A stretch of 64,000 nt of DNA, taken from contig OZ253564.1 in the NCBI GenBank assembly GCA_965262915.1, positions 1,472,001-1,536,000 of the forward strand, in the 5' to 3' direction. The stretch comes from Candidatus Spongiisociaceae bacterium (GTDB lineage: Bacteria; Actinomycetota; Acidimicrobiia; Spongiisociales; Spongiisociaceae). The position numbers and the translations under genes are program-made. The notes beneath the pieces were generated by a model. It ran no database searches, was not told the origin of the DNA, and saw only the letters and a program-made list of their open reading frames with translations. Each line of letters opens with the position of its first letter. Position 1 is the stretch's first letter. This document shows positions 63,788 through 64,000 of this stretch, piece by piece.

Positions 63788-64000
63788 ATGAGAGTTGCGG
63801 CGGCCCTCGTGGCCGCATTGATCGCCAGCCTGTTCTTCGCCGACCTGCTCCGCGGATACCGGGCCGCCCCGAGGCCCCATACCGCTGCGTACACGGCCGG
63901 GATCGGGTGCTTCGCCCTCGCCACCTGGGCATTGTTCCTCGGTGCGGCAACCGGCTGGACCTCGGCCAGCTACCGGATCTTCTTCCTGTTCGGCGCGATC
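63788..64000 (+). CDS. Membrane protein (runs off window end)
   Basis: Manual translation MRVAAALVAALIASLFFADLLRGYRAAPRPH..FALATWALFLG..GW...YRIFFLFGAI. Confidence 0.6.
   Translation, partial: MRVAAALVAALIASLFFADLLRGYRAAPRPHTAAYTAGIGCFALATWALFLGAATGWTSASYRIFFLFGAI

Overview
High-GC actinobacterial chromosome segment; an Acidimicrobiia-like origin is inferred from gene content only. About 1-48,800 is a heavily rearranged accessory region and about 48,900-64,000 is core-like (TolB-like propeller, korBA, amidase, DUF3048, sodX/sodN, two ABC pairs, two PGPGW proteins, metG). The accessory part holds: (i) an MmgE/PrpD, CoA-transferase, nucleotidyltransferase and iPGM-like cluster; (ii) a cluster of Tn3-like terminal repeats with a MITE, an ATP-grasp fragment and an IS30; (iii) an ~11 kb array (8.8-19.6 kb) of defence-like genes (DUF4062, DUF6338, HEPN-like, PD-(D/E)XK, Abi-like, GIY-YIG) separated by shared non-coding repeats and carrying two inverted XerC/D dif-like sites; (iv) a 5'-truncated phage-type RAMP/Cas7-like gene followed by 14 perfectly phased (G/C/A)GC-NN pentamers and a strong hairpin, the best candidate for an unusual RNA-guided system; (v) IS3::IS30, an RDD-KAP NTPase fusion, a tRNA-Leu 3' fragment and an ORF-less group II intron inside IS3; (vi) an Opp-type ABC importer with a catabolic cluster. 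All family calls are motif recognition by eye; no searches were run.
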